Virus record (IMG/VR): IMGVR_UViG_3300031463_000001
Span: 1-64,000 of that record
DNA length: 64,000 nucleotides
Direction: 5' to 3' (one strand)
Origin: a virus
Shown here: in pieces, positions 1 to 9,437 of the stretch
How the letters are laid out: each line of letters opens with the position of its first letter
Position numbering within the stretch: position 1 is the first letter of the stretch
Made by a program: the position numbers and the translations under genes
Notes under the pieces: model-generated
Seen by the model: only the letters and a program-made list of their open reading frames with translations
Databases searched by the model: none
Told to the model about the DNA's origin: nothing

Positions 1-2
1 GT

Positions 3-608
3 GGAACTTTAGGACGAAAAGATAAAGAATTAGATTTTACTGCATTATGTATATGGAGATTGAATGGAGAAAGGTTTGAGAAAGTTTTTGCTAAAGAGTG
101 GCAAGGAGATATTTTACAACAAATAGGGGAAGTTAAAGATATTCTTACCAATAAATTTAAATGCAAGATGGGTTGTGTTGATTTTAGTAATGTAGGATCT
201 GTTTTTGTAGAAGAGTTAAAAAAAATAAATATAAATTGTATGGGAATAGCTTTTAATGCTTCTTTTAATTCTGAAACGGGTCATAATTTTAAAAATCATG
301 TTATACCTAAATTTGTTTTTGAGTTGAAAAAAAATAATGTAAAATATCCAAATAAAAATATTATTGAAAATCATGTTTTATTTAGAAAACATTACAATCA
401 GTGGTGTATACTTGAAAGATATAAAACAGGTGGATCTAATGATCGTATTGAAGCACCTTCTTTTGAACATGATGATGGTCCTATGGCAGATTTGCTAGCT
501 TTTTGGGCAGGATTAATAGGTAGGGGAAATGTTGAAACTTCAGAAAAGAAATATATTATTCCTTTACCTAAAGTAGGTCCAAGTAGAGTAAAGTATGGAT
601 TATTTTAA
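3..608 (+). CDS. Terminase large subunit, C-terminal nuclease domain (5' truncated by window)
   Basis: Frame is open from the window start (GTLGRKDKELDFTALCIW...). Acidic RNase H-like motifs DFTAL, DFSNVG and terminal HDDGPMA. Lies upstream of the portal. Confidence 0.8.
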   Translation, partial: GTLGRKDKELDFTALCIWRLNGERFEKVFAKEWQGDILQQIGEVKDILTNKFKCKMGCVDFSNVGSVFVEELKKININCMGIAFNASFNSETGHNFKNHVIPKFVFELKKNNVKYPNKNIIENHVLFRKHYNQWCILERYKTGGSNDRIEAPSFEHDDGPMADLLAFWAGLIGRGNVETSEKKYIIPLPKVGPSRVKYGLF

Positions 609-768
609 AATAAGTTTATTTAATGCAATAATTAATGATATTGATTCATTAACTCAAAAAATAATTATAATGAATAATGAGGATTATTATTTGTATTTGA
701 ATATGTTGGAAAATTTGAAAAAAGAAATAGAATTGGAAATGCAAAAAGAAATGATTAAGGGGGAATAA
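595..768 (+). CDS. Small hypothetical protein, 57 aa (MDYFKISLFNAIIND...EMIKGE), not in the ORF track
   Basis: Hand translation. Fills the terminase-portal gap, and its TAA overlaps the portal ATG (taatg). Confidence 0.55.
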   Translation: MDYFKISLFNAIINDIDSLTQKIIIMNNEDYYLYLNMLENLKKEIELEMQKEMIKGE

Positions 769-2300
769 TGGAAAAAAAGAATACAATTAATACAGTAGGT
801 AGAAAAATTACGGCATCAGGATTTAGCTCAACAACCTTACCTTCTTTTTGGTATTCTCCAGAATTAACAACTGAATCGTGGTTACTACCAAAAAGTCGAC
901 AAGAAGTTTTGAAATGGATTCGTATATTTTTCAATTTGGAACCTTTTGTTCAAAATGCTATAATTGCTCATGCATTATTTCCTTTTTCAAAATTTGATTT
1001 AGTAACTAAAGATGAATCAATTACTAAAATTTATAAAGATATGGTTTTCAATAAAGATTTTGATTTGTATGAATTTATAACTCAGGCAGCATTATCATTT
1101 GAGAAGTTCGGAGAATTTATTGCTTTTGGTAATTTAACTAAAGAAGATGGTTTATATAAATGGAAAAGATTTATTTTATTAGAACCTGAATTGATAGAGA
1201 TTAAAAGTGATTTGATAAGTGGAGAATTAATATTTGAAATGATTCCTCCTACTGAATTGAAAAGACTAGTAACATCTATGACAGATGAAGAACTTAGAAA
1301 TTCAAAAATTCCTCAAATAGTTATTAGTTCAATTAGAGACGGAAAAAATATACCATTAGATTCTGCAGTGACTTCTATAGTAGCTAGAAAAACAGATCCC
1401 TCTGCTATAAGAGGAACTAGTAGAATACAATCTTGTTTTAAAGTTTTGATATTTCAGGATTGGTTAAGATTAGGTCAAGTAGCTTATTATCAAAGATTTA
1501 TATTTCCTATTGAGTTGTGGTCAATAGGAGATATGGGTAAGGACATACTACCTGATGATGATACTTTAGAAAGATGGAGAACTTTTTTATCATCTCAGAT
1601 GATACAACCTCCTTATTCTTTAGTTGTTCCACCATTTGTAAAATATGAAGTTCAAAGTGCTGTGGGTAAATTATTACCAGTATTAAATGAATATACTTAT
1701 ATTCATGATCAATTATTAGCAGGATTAGGAGTAACTAAAGAATTTTTATTTGGAGGGGGAATATCTATTACTAATACTAAAACAATGGCTTATCAAAAAT
1801 TAATAAAATATTATCAATCGGTAAGAGATTTATTTGAAAGTTGGATGATAAATAAAGTATTTAGGCCTGTTGCTGAATTGAATAAATTTAGAGATAAAGA
1901 TAAAAATTTAATTTTACCAGAAATTGTTTGGTATAAATCTTTAGATATTGAAGAAGAAGAACAAGAAAAGAAAGAATATCTAGATTTGCATAGACGAGGT
2001 TATGTTAGTACAAAGACTCTTTTTAGTAAATTTAAAAATTTAGATATAGAAAAAGAAGCAGAACTTTTAAAGAAAGAAAGAGGAACACTTTTTGATAAAG
2101 AAAATAGACTACCCAAAGAGTCTAAACCTTCATTGAGTACACCTCCTACTGGAGAAACAGAATTAGGTAAAGAATTGGAAGGGTTAGGTGAAAGGTTAGG
2201 TGGTGGAGGAGAAGTTGGTGGAGGAGAAGTTGGTGGAGGAGAAGTTGGTGGAGGTTTGGCTCCCACTCCAGAATTAGGTCCAGGAACTCCAACAGAATAA
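768..2300 (+). CDS. Portal protein
   Basis: 510 aa between terminase and protease. Portal-like segments (RGTSRIQSCFKVL, QLLAGLGV, FESWMINKVFRPVAE) and a low-complexity G/E/P tail. Confidence 0.85.
   Translation: MEKKNTINTVGRKITASGFSSTTLPSFWYSPELTTESWLLPKSRQEVLKWIRIFFNLEPFVQNAIIAHALFPFSKFDLVTKDESITKIYKDMVFNKDFDLYEFITQAALSFEKFGEFIAFGNLTKEDGLYKWKRFILLEPELIEIKSDLISGELIFEMIPPTELKRLVTSMTDEELRNSKIPQIVISSIRDGKNIPLDSAVTSIVARKTDPSAIRGTSRIQSCFKVLIFQDWLRLGQVAYYQRFIFPIELWSIGDMGKDILPDDDTLERWRTFLSSQMIQPPYSLVVPPFVKYEVQSAVGKLLPVLNEYTYIHDQLLAGLGVTKEFLFGGGISITNTKTMAYQKLIKYYQSVRDLFESWMINKVFRPVAELNKFRDKDKNLILPEIVWYKSLDIEEEEQEKKEYLDLHRRGYVSTKTLFSKFKNLDIEKEAELLKKERGTLFDKENRLPKESKPSLSTPPTGETELGKELEGLGERLGGGGEVGGGEVGGGEVGGGLAPTPELGPGTPTE
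2202..2254 (+). repeat. 15-bp tandem repeat ggtggaggagaagtt x3.5 (GGGEV) in the portal tail
   Basis: Directly visible. Confidence 0.95.
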
Positions 2301-2307
2301 AAATCAT

Positions 2308-2323
2308 TTGTCGATTTCGATTT
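2308..2323 (+). promoter_or_regulatory. Putative late-promoter motif TTGT-N5-TCGATTT
   Basis: ttgt-cgatt-tcgattt, intergenic, at the head of the protease/capsid operon. Matches a motif recurring at six other gene starts. Confidence 0.5.
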
Positions 2324-2381
2324 CTTAAATAGGAAATTTTTCCTGTTTATGTTATGAATTGTAAGGATACGGTGTAAATTT

Positions 2382-2633
2382 ATGAATGTTGAAACTTTTG
2401 TGAAGAAGAATGTTGAGATTATTATTAATTTAATGGGTGAAGCATTAGATTTAGCTCGAATTAGTGGAATGTCAGATAGAAGTTTTAATCAATTTCAGGT
2501 TTCTTATAAAAAGAAATGTTTTGAAAAAATTAATGAATTAGTGAAAGTAGCGAAAGATGAAAAATTGGTGGACGAATCTTTTAAAATTGAAATGGGGAGT
2601 AAAGATGTCATTACAAAAGATAGGCGGAATTAA
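2382..2633 (+). CDS. Hypothetical protein, 83 aa
   Basis: ORF in operon orientation, no motif recognised. Confidence 0.7.
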   Translation: MNVETFVKKNVEIIINLMGEALDLARISGMSDRSFNQFQVSYKKKCFEKINELVKVAKDEKLVDESFKIEMGSKDVITKDRRN

Positions 2634-2645
2634 TAAAATAAGGAT

Positions 2646-2670
2646 ATTGAAATCAAAAAAAGATTTCAAT
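2646..2670. promoter_or_regulatory. Perfect 9-bp inverted repeat attgaaatc-A7-gatttcaat upstream of the protease gene
   Basis: Directly visible. AT-rich, so more like an operator or leader hairpin than a terminator. Confidence 0.45.
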
Positions 2671-2698
2671 GATTGTTTATTAAAGAAGGGAAAGAAAA

Positions 2699-5002
2699 AT
2701 GATAAAAAAAATAGGAAGTTTGATTAATTTAAACGTAGTTTCTAATTTTAAAAGAGCTTCTTTTGAAGTTGAACCCTATAATAAAGATTTTTTATATTTT
2801 AGTGCTAGAGCAGTATCTGCTTATGAAACTTCGGGTTTTAATGAAAATGGGGATGCTTTTTTGTGGGATGAACTTTTAAAATCTTATAAAACTTTTATAG
2901 GGAAAAATTTATTTTTAGATCATGATACTTCTCCTTTGAATACTGTTGGTAAAGTGATAGATGCTTATCCAGTAGATGAAAAAGATGGAGAAAAGTATGT
3001 AGAATGTTTATGTAAAGTAGATAAGATAGCTTTTCCAAGTTTAGCTCGAAACATTGAGACTGGGGTTTTGAATAGTGTGAGTATGGGTGCTTCTGTAGAT
3101 AAGTCAACTTGTTCAGTATGTGGTCATTATATAGAGTCTGAAATATCCCCTAGATGTGAACATATGCTTAAATTGAAGAATGAATTTGTAGCTACTTGGG
3201 ATTTTCCAAAAGCTTTTATAACTAAAGGAAGGCCTATAAAAGCTTTTTTTATAAATGAAGGAGTTCGATTTACCGAATTATCTATAGTTACTAATCCAGC
3301 TGATTTTGGGGCTTTAGTTAAAAAAGTAATAGCATCTAAGATAAATGAGAATGTGGTAGTTTATGAGAAAAAATCAAGTCCTGTTTATTCAGTTTGGAAA
3401 ATTATTACTCCAGAAAAAGTAGTTTTTTCGTTTCCTGTTTATAAAATTGCTAATTTGAGTAAACTTAACTATTATAATTCGAGTAAATTTGGAGAATATC
3501 TTAAGAAAACATCGATTAGTAAAATAGTTCAAGATTTAAAGATTGGAGGTAATTTTATGGATAATATAAAATCCAAAATAGAAAAAATACTTGAGGCAGA
3601 AAAAGAAGAAGAAAAAATGAGTGAAAAAGAAGATATAAAGATTTTAAAAGGTATATTGAAAAAATTGAAAGATCCCGAAAAAAATTATCTAGAAATTATT
3701 GAAGATCTTAAAGAAGTTTTAAAAAATGAGGAAGAGTCGGCTGATACCGAAAAAGGTGATGTTGAATCTCTAAAAGAAGTTTTGAATGAATTTAAAGAAT
3801 ATTTTGAAAAAACTTCTAGTGGTGAAGAAGTTTCTATGGAAGAGAAAGGAGAGGAGGGTGCAGAGAAGGGTATAGAAGAGAAAGGTATAGAAGAGGAAGA
3901 TACTGGTAAGGAAGAAGAAAAAGAAGAAGAAGGTGAATTAAAGGGTGAAGATTTAGATAAATTATTTAAAGCTGAAAAAGAGGCTCATATGAAATCTTTA
4001 TTAGATTTAAATGAAAATGATTTAGACGTTTTAAATAAGGTAGCTGCATTTGGAGAAGGAAAAGAAGGTAAACCTTTAACTGATGAAGAAAGGTTAGCAA
4101 AACATAAATCGTTGTTTCCAAAAGATAAGGTAGAAAAAATTGAGGATTTACCTCCTAAGGGTACAGGTAAAGGTAACGAACCTTCAAAAGAAGAGCCTAA
4201 AAAAGAGGAACCTAAGAAAGAAGAGCCTAAAAAAGAGGAACCTAAGAAAGACGAAGGTGAATCTAAAGAAAAGAAAGAAACTTTTGATATTAAATATTTA
4301 AAAGATTCAGGAATTTTTCCAGTTGATAAGTTTGAGGTAGCAGGAGAAATTGGAGAAGTTTCAGCGGGACCTCTTGGAAAAGTTAAAAAAGTTATTTTAA
4401 AAGATTCAACGGGTCAGGTTTATGAACTTTACGTAAAATTAATGAAGAAAGGTGAGAAGATTTCATTAGAGGAAGAAATTACTTTGGAAGATAAGAGAAA
4501 TATTTTAGGTAAATTGGGGGATGTGTCTAAATTAAGTGATGAAGAGATATCATCCTTATTTAATTCATATATAGGATTCAATAATGGTAATGTAGAGGCA
4601 TTTCAATCTTTAATTACTTCGATAGCTAGTATGAAAGAAAATTTATCTAAAATAAAGATTGAAAGTGATTTGAAAGATAAGTTTTATAAATGTAGTTATC
4701 TTTTAGAGAAAAAGATGGAATTAGGTGAACTTATACCTGATTCTGAACAAATTAATAAGTTGGTTATAAAAGGGGAATCTTTTATAAAAGCTAGAGATAT
4801 TACTGTAGAAGAAATGAAAAGTAAAGAATTGAAGAGATTGATGTCTTTGCCAACTAAAGAGATAGAAGATATGTTTTCTCAATATCAAAAGAAATCGGTA
4901 GCTAATTCATCTTTTAATATTGAGGGATTTGTGAAAGGTTCTTATAAAGATTTTGAAACTGATCCAGATGAAGAATTTTTGAAAAAATTACCTTGGCAAT
5001 AA
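2699..5002 (+). CDS. Prohead maturation protease fused to an acidic coiled-coil scaffold
   Basis: N-terminal HK97/herpes-type protease motifs (NENGDAF, LFLDH, GKVIDA, SVSMG, ELSIVTNPAD) with a CxxC...CEH Zn insert. E/K-rich C-terminal part. Precedes the capsid genes. Confidence 0.85.
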   Translation: MIKKIGSLINLNVVSNFKRASFEVEPYNKDFLYFSARAVSAYETSGFNENGDAFLWDELLKSYKTFIGKNLFLDHDTSPLNTVGKVIDAYPVDEKDGEKYVECLCKVDKIAFPSLARNIETGVLNSVSMGASVDKSTCSVCGHYIESEISPRCEHMLKLKNEFVATWDFPKAFITKGRPIKAFFINEGVRFTELSIVTNPADFGALVKKVIASKINENVVVYEKKSSPVYSVWKIITPEKVVFSFPVYKIANLSKLNYYNSSKFGEYLKKTSISKIVQDLKIGGNFMDNIKSKIEKILEAEKEEEKMSEKEDIKILKGILKKLKDPEKNYLEIIEDLKEVLKNEEESADTEKGDVESLKEVLNEFKEYFEKTSSGEEVSMEEKGEEGAEKGIEEKGIEEEDTGKEEEKEEEGELKGEDLDKLFKAEKEAHMKSLLDLNENDLDVLNKVAAFGEGKEGKPLTDEERLAKHKSLFPKDKVEKIEDLPPKGTGKGNEPSKEEPKKEEPKKEEPKKEEPKKDEGESKEKKETFDIKYLKDSGIFPVDKFEVAGEIGEVSAGPLGKVKKVILKDSTGQVYELYVKLMKKGEKISLEEEITLEDKRNILGKLGDVSKLSDEEISSLFNSYIGFNNGNVEAFQSLITSIASMKENLSKIKIESDLKDKFYKCSYLLEKKMELGELIPDSEQINKLVIKGESFIKARDITVEEMKSKELKRLMSLPTKEIEDMFSQYQKKSVANSSFNIEGFVKGSYKDFETDPDEEFLKKLPWQ
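4187..4250 (+). repeat. Tandem KEEPK x4 repeat in the scaffold region
   Basis: aaagaagagcctaaaaaagaggaacctaag duplicated in tandem. Confidence 0.9.
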
Positions 5003-5027
5003 GCCAAAATATTAAGGAGGTATTTAT

Positions 5028-5513
5028 ATGTTACAGGTAATAAAAGAAGTAGAAAGATCAATGGGATATGTTCCGGCTGCGGATGCAAGTGGAGTTGAAT
5101 ATCCTATTCTTGAAGGTCAGCCTTTAATGCTTACCAGTGATGGTAAGATAAAACCATATGATGGTACTACGGGTACTTTTCCGATGGGATTAGCTGCAGA
5201 GTCAAATGTTCAATTTCCTCTTCAGGGGAAACCTTATACAGCTGGTTATGGGTTTGATTATTCAAGATTTAACAGAGGAGGACTTATAAGTTTCTTTTTT
5301 GCAGGAGGAATGTTTGAGCTTACTTCAGATGTGAGAGGAGTTCCTTTTGTTGATACTGATACTTATGAAGTTAACAAGCCTGTTTATGCTAATTCAGATG
5401 GTAAAATAACTGCCGCTTCAGATTCTGGTGCTAATCCAGAGATTGGTAAAGTTATGAAATTTACCGTAGCATCTGATAAAGTAGTTTCTCTTGTGATTAA
5501 GCTAACAATATAA
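5028..5513 (+). CDS. Head decoration / capsid cement protein
   Basis: 161 aa immediately before the major capsid gene, strong SD (aaggagg), Gly-rich pattern YEVNKPVYANSDGKIT...IGKV. Confidence 0.7.
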   Translation: MLQVIKEVERSMGYVPAADASGVEYPILEGQPLMLTSDGKIKPYDGTTGTFPMGLAAESNVQFPLQGKPYTAGYGFDYSRFNRGGLISFFFAGGMFELTSDVRGVPFVDTDTYEVNKPVYANSDGKITAASDSGANPEIGKVMKFTVASDKVVSLVIKLTI

Positions 5514-5538
5514 AAAATTTTATTTAAGGAGGTTTTTT

Positions 5539-6486
5539 ATGGATGATTTGAATATTTATGATAAGGGTGTAGATAAACGAGAAATTGAAGCTCGTCTTAC
5601 ACGACTTTTATCTACTCCAGGTGGATTACAGAAAGTTGGTGCGCAAATGCTTTCTCCTCTTAAAAGGGATTTGCTTTTTGAGGGAAGAGGTAGACAGATA
5701 CTGATGACCTATAAACTTGCTGTAGGTGAGGAAGCTTATTTTGATGCTGATGTTGATGTTCCTGCAGCTGCAATATCTGTTGAGGGTTTACCTCAAGAGC
5801 TTGAAGTGAGGTCAGACAGAATCTTAATTATGACTTCACCTATATCAGTTAAAACAGTGATAAGATGGAATGAATCTAATTATCGTAAGTTTGATATACT
5901 TAATAGGACTCAGGAACGAGCCAAAGCGAGTATACAGTTTCAGGAAGATTCAAGAATATATAATCTTTTGAAATTTGCATCAAATCTTACGAATCAGGGT
6001 AAAGTTAGATCTCTTGAGGGAACAACTGCAGAGAGTTTGAATCCTTCAAATATTCCAGAAACAGCAGGTAGATTGACTCAGGAGACTCTTGTTACTGCTA
6101 TAACGACTCTTAGATCTAAGCTTTTAGTTGCAGGTAAAATACTTATCAATCCTCTTAGATCTAAAGATCTTATGCTTTTCAATACCGCTGTAGGTGGAAC
6201 TGGTGGAGCTGGAATATTTGCTCCTAACTTTCAGGAACAGCTTTTGAAAGCAGGTAAGATAGGTTCTATATGGGGAGTTGAGATTGTAGAGTCTATCGTT
6301 GTTCCTGCTAATGAAGTTTATGTTCTTGCACCAGCAGATTATTTAGGTGTGATAGCAATAAGAACTGATGTAGAGATTAATACCTTAAAAGATCCAAATC
6401 AGAATGCTGATGTCTTTTCAATATGGGAAGACATAGGAATGGCAATAAGGTTTGCAAAAGGTATAGTTAGAATAGAGGTTGCTTAA
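5539..6486 (+). CDS. Major capsid protein (HK97 fold)
   Basis: 315 aa, strong SD, followed by a terminator. C-terminal GSIWGVEIVESIVVPANEVYV...WEDIGMAI pattern typical of major capsid proteins. Confidence 0.88.
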   Translation: MDDLNIYDKGVDKREIEARLTRLLSTPGGLQKVGAQMLSPLKRDLLFEGRGRQILMTYKLAVGEEAYFDADVDVPAAAISVEGLPQELEVRSDRILIMTSPISVKTVIRWNESNYRKFDILNRTQERAKASIQFQEDSRIYNLLKFASNLTNQGKVRSLEGTTAESLNPSNIPETAGRLTQETLVTAITTLRSKLLVAGKILINPLRSKDLMLFNTAVGGTGGAGIFAPNFQEQLLKAGKIGSIWGVEIVESIVVPANEVYVLAPADYLGVIAIRTDVEINTLKDPNQNADVFSIWEDIGMAIRFAKGIVRIEVA

Positions 6487-6495
6487 TTTTTAATT

Positions 6496-6531
6496 AAGTG
6501 GGAGAAGTAATTCTTCTCCCACTTTATTTTT
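6496..6531 (+). terminator. Intrinsic terminator after the capsid gene
   Basis: Stem aagtgggagaag/cttctcccactt followed by tattttt. Confidence 0.8.
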
Positions 6532-6545
6532 GGGGAGGTAATGAT

Positions 6546-6806
6546 ATGAAAATGAAAGTTAAACAGTTTTTATCCTATGGAGACTTAATAATTCACGATG
6601 TGAAGATTGATAGTAATCCTCTAATGTTGAAATATGGAGAATATATTTCTGACGATATTATGAAAAATGCTAATTTTCAAAAATCTATGAAATCTGGTAT
6701 AGTTAAAAAATGTATTGATAAAGGATGGATAATAATAGAGAAAGAGGAAAAAAAAGAGGATAAAGAAGTAAAAGGGAATATTGATAAAGAGGATAGTAAA
6801 AAATAA
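6546..6806 (+). CDS. Hypothetical virion-associated protein (start moved from 6498)
   Basis: SD ggaggt precedes ATG 6546; the upstream GTG lies inside the terminator stem. Confidence 0.7.
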   Translation: MKMKVKQFLSYGDLIIHDVKIDSNPLMLKYGEYISDDIMKNANFQKSMKSGIVKKCIDKGWIIIEKEEKKEDKEVKGNIDKEDSKK

Positions 6807-6834
6807 ATTATTGAAAAAACACATAAAAAAATAG

Positions 6835-6877
6835 ACTCGCTAACGAAATGAAAAAAGTAGTTAGCGAGTTTTTTTTT
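6835..6877 (+). terminator. Intrinsic terminator
   Basis: Stem actcgctaac/gttagcgagt followed by a T run. Confidence 0.8.
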
Positions 6878-6891
6878 AAATTTAAGTTAAT

Positions 6892-6907
6892 TTGTAATTG
6901 TTGATTT
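6892..6907 (+). promoter_or_regulatory. Putative late-promoter motif TTGT-N5-TTGATTT
   Basis: ttgt-aattg-ttgattt, just after a terminator and before the SD of gene 6924. Confidence 0.55.
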
Positions 6908-6923
6908 TATTATAGAGGAAAGA

Positions 6924-7583
6924 ATGGCTGATGAAATTTTTGATTTAAATACTCAAACTGCTAGAGGCATAGTAGTTTTATATGCTAAATATAATGATCG
7001 ATATATACCCGTAAAAGTTTTAGCTGATGGTACTTTAGAAAGTAATGTTAGTATAAATGCATCAGATATTCAAATTGGCGCAGTAGAATTAAAAGATTCT
7101 GATACTGGAGATAGAGCTAATGTAGGATTAGATCAATCCAAAAAAGCACTATATATTCAATCAGAAAGTTTAAATAATGAATTACAACTAATTAATGGAA
7201 ATTTAGGAAGTATTGGAAATGAAGTTTCTCAGATTAGAGATAAATTAATTAGTGAGGGTATAACTTATAAGGAATGGATTTGGCCTACAGAAGAAATCAA
7301 TATTACATCAACTGGATTTGTTGTATTGAAAGCTATTGATTTAAAATTAGTAAAATCCAAAACATTTTATTTTAAAAATGTGGGAAGTAATGATATTTAC
7401 TTAAATTTATCTTTAAGTGTGAATGATGAAGATTTCTATAATGTTTTAAATAATCAAAAATTAAGTAGTGGAAATTATGTAATTTTTACAGAAAGTAATC
7501 CTTATATGTCTTTTAGGATTGAAGGTAAAGTTGATTCTGGAACAGGTATATTAAGATTATGTGGATATGGGTTAGGAGGATAA
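6924..7583 (+). CDS. Putative virion structural protein (coiled-coil stalk plus beta-sandwich)
   Basis: DIQIGAVELKD motif, heptad segment and beta-rich C-terminus. Lies in the structural region. Confidence 0.5.
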   Translation: MADEIFDLNTQTARGIVVLYAKYNDRYIPVKVLADGTLESNVSINASDIQIGAVELKDSDTGDRANVGLDQSKKALYIQSESLNNELQLINGNLGSIGNEVSQIRDKLISEGITYKEWIWPTEEINITSTGFVVLKAIDLKLVKSKTFYFKNVGSNDIYLNLSLSVNDEDFYNVLNNQKLSSGNYVIFTESNPYMSFRIEGKVDSGTGILRLCGYGLGG

Positions 7584-7586
7584 TTC

Positions 7587-8792
7587 ATGCCTATTCAAAT
7601 TTTTGATGAAAATAGTCAACCCATTACTAATGTTAATGTTGCTGTTAATAATCAGACTCAATTATTGGATAGTCAAAATAATTTAATTAATCCTGTTAAG
7701 GAAGACGGGAATTTACAAACATTAGTAAATGCTATTACTCCAAAATTAAATTTAGCCTTAACAGATTTATTAAATGGAATAAAAGGTTTAAATAACAAAG
7801 ATATTTCAACATTAGAGCAACAAATTATAACTTTACAGACTTTTTTAAATGATAAGATTAATTTATCTATACAGGATTTAGCAAATTCTTTGGAACAAAT
7901 ATCAGTTACCGTAGATAATATAATTGGTCTTAAAGATATTAATAGTAACCAGATAAACCCTGCTACTTTGGAAAGTATTCAAGGATTAAATTCTCTACTT
8001 TCAGATATAAAAAATTTATTAAACTTTTTGAACACTAATGATGTTAAAGTTACAAGTTCAGTATTACCTACGAATGCGGCTAAAGAAACGGGAGGAAATC
8101 TTGATTTAATAAAATCAAATACAGATAAGATAGATGTTTCTTTATCCACCCGAGCAACAGAAACTACTTTACAAGGTGTAGATACCCATTTGATAGCATT
8201 AGGACCTAAATTAGATGATATTAAAACTCAATTAGATACAAGGGTAAGGGGTCTTTTTGACGTTAACGGAAATCCTATAAATTCAATTTTAATACCTATA
8301 ACAGGTAATAGAGGCATCTCAAGTTTAAGTGCTACAATAGACCAATATTATGCCTTCAATAAGCAGATGTTTTCCTATGGATATTCTGTAAGTATTAACG
8401 GTAATGACACAAATGTTATGGCACTAATAAATCCTGTGGGTAGAGGAAAAATGATTTTAATGAAAAAAATATATATAGCAAGGAATCAAGATAATAGTAA
8501 TGGTGTTTTCTTTTATATTAGATCAGGAGCTACAGGACTTTCAGGGACATCCGTAACTCCATTATCCACGATAAGTGGTGGAACTTCAATAGCAACTTTA
8601 TATACCGCTCCTACAGCAACTACCACAGGAAATTTACTATTTGTTATTGCGTTAAATTCTAATGAAAGCAGTAAGCAAGAAGATTTTAGTTTAAATTACG
8701 GTTTAAATCCTGGTGAAAATTTATTTATAGTAGGGAATGCTACTGTTAATGGAACTCCGTGTTTTGTCACTCTTAACTGGGTGGAGGTATAG
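7587..8792 (+). CDS. Putative fibre/whisker protein
   Basis: Four D-x-N-x-N-x-I-N-P-like motifs separated by coiled coil, then a beta-rich head. Confidence 0.5.
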   Translation: MPIQIFDENSQPITNVNVAVNNQTQLLDSQNNLINPVKEDGNLQTLVNAITPKLNLALTDLLNGIKGLNNKDISTLEQQIITLQTFLNDKINLSIQDLANSLEQISVTVDNIIGLKDINSNQINPATLESIQGLNSLLSDIKNLLNFLNTNDVKVTSSVLPTNAAKETGGNLDLIKSNTDKIDVSLSTRATETTLQGVDTHLIALGPKLDDIKTQLDTRVRGLFDVNGNPINSILIPITGNRGISSLSATIDQYYAFNKQMFSYGYSVSINGNDTNVMALINPVGRGKMILMKKIYIARNQDNSNGVFFYIRSGATGLSGTSVTPLSTISGGTSIATLYTAPTATTTGNLLFVIALNSNESSKQEDFSLNYGLNPGENLFIVGNATVNGTPCFVTLNWVEV

Positions 8793-8793
8793 G

Positions 8794-9432
8794 ATGTTTG
8801 ATGTAATAACTTTAGATTACCCACAATTTATAGACATAGTCACTAAAAAGAAAGCAAGAATACAGTATATTGAAAAGGAAACTCAGTATTACTTATTTGC
8901 GTATGACGGACCAATAAAATATTATACTTGTATTTATAAGCAAGACCCAAAACTTGATAATTTTAATTGGGTTCAAGAACAAAATAATTTAAATGATTTT
9001 GAAGCAAATCATAAAGAAAATGCAAATAGACCTATAGGAATAAGTCCGGTAGATGGGGATAGTAAATTTCATCCTTATTTGCTTGAAATACCTGATGCCC
9101 AAAGTTCGGGAACAATTGAAATAGATTTTGGAGATATTTATAATAAAGATGTAGAATTGAGACGAGTAAGACCAAGACCTGTTCAAGCAAAAATGGGAGA
9201 TAAAGTTCATTTTGAAGTGTGGGCTAAAGCAGGTGTTTTAGGACCAGATCCAGTTAAAATTAAAGAATTTGGAGAAACTTTATTGGAAGGTGGAGATGGT
9301 TGGACTGGCCCTTGGTATGAAGGAATAGGAACTGGTTTAATTCCATCTTATGTATTTTTGAAACTTGTTTATGAGAAAGGAAGTGATTTAACTTACAGAA
9401 GATTTTATATTGATGTAGAGATAATTGTGTAG
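8794..9432 (+). CDS. Hypothetical structural-region protein (start moved from 8737)
   Basis: SD ggagg before ATG 8794. Confidence 0.65.
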   Translation: MFDVITLDYPQFIDIVTKKKARIQYIEKETQYYLFAYDGPIKYYTCIYKQDPKLDNFNWVQEQNNLNDFEANHKENANRPIGISPVDGDSKFHPYLLEIPDAQSSGTIEIDFGDIYNKDVELRRVRPRPVQAKMGDKVHFEVWAKAGVLGPDPVKIKEFGETLLEGGDGWTGPWYEGIGTGLIPSYVFLKLVYEKGSDLTYRRFYIDVEIIV

Positions 9433-9437
9433 GAGAA

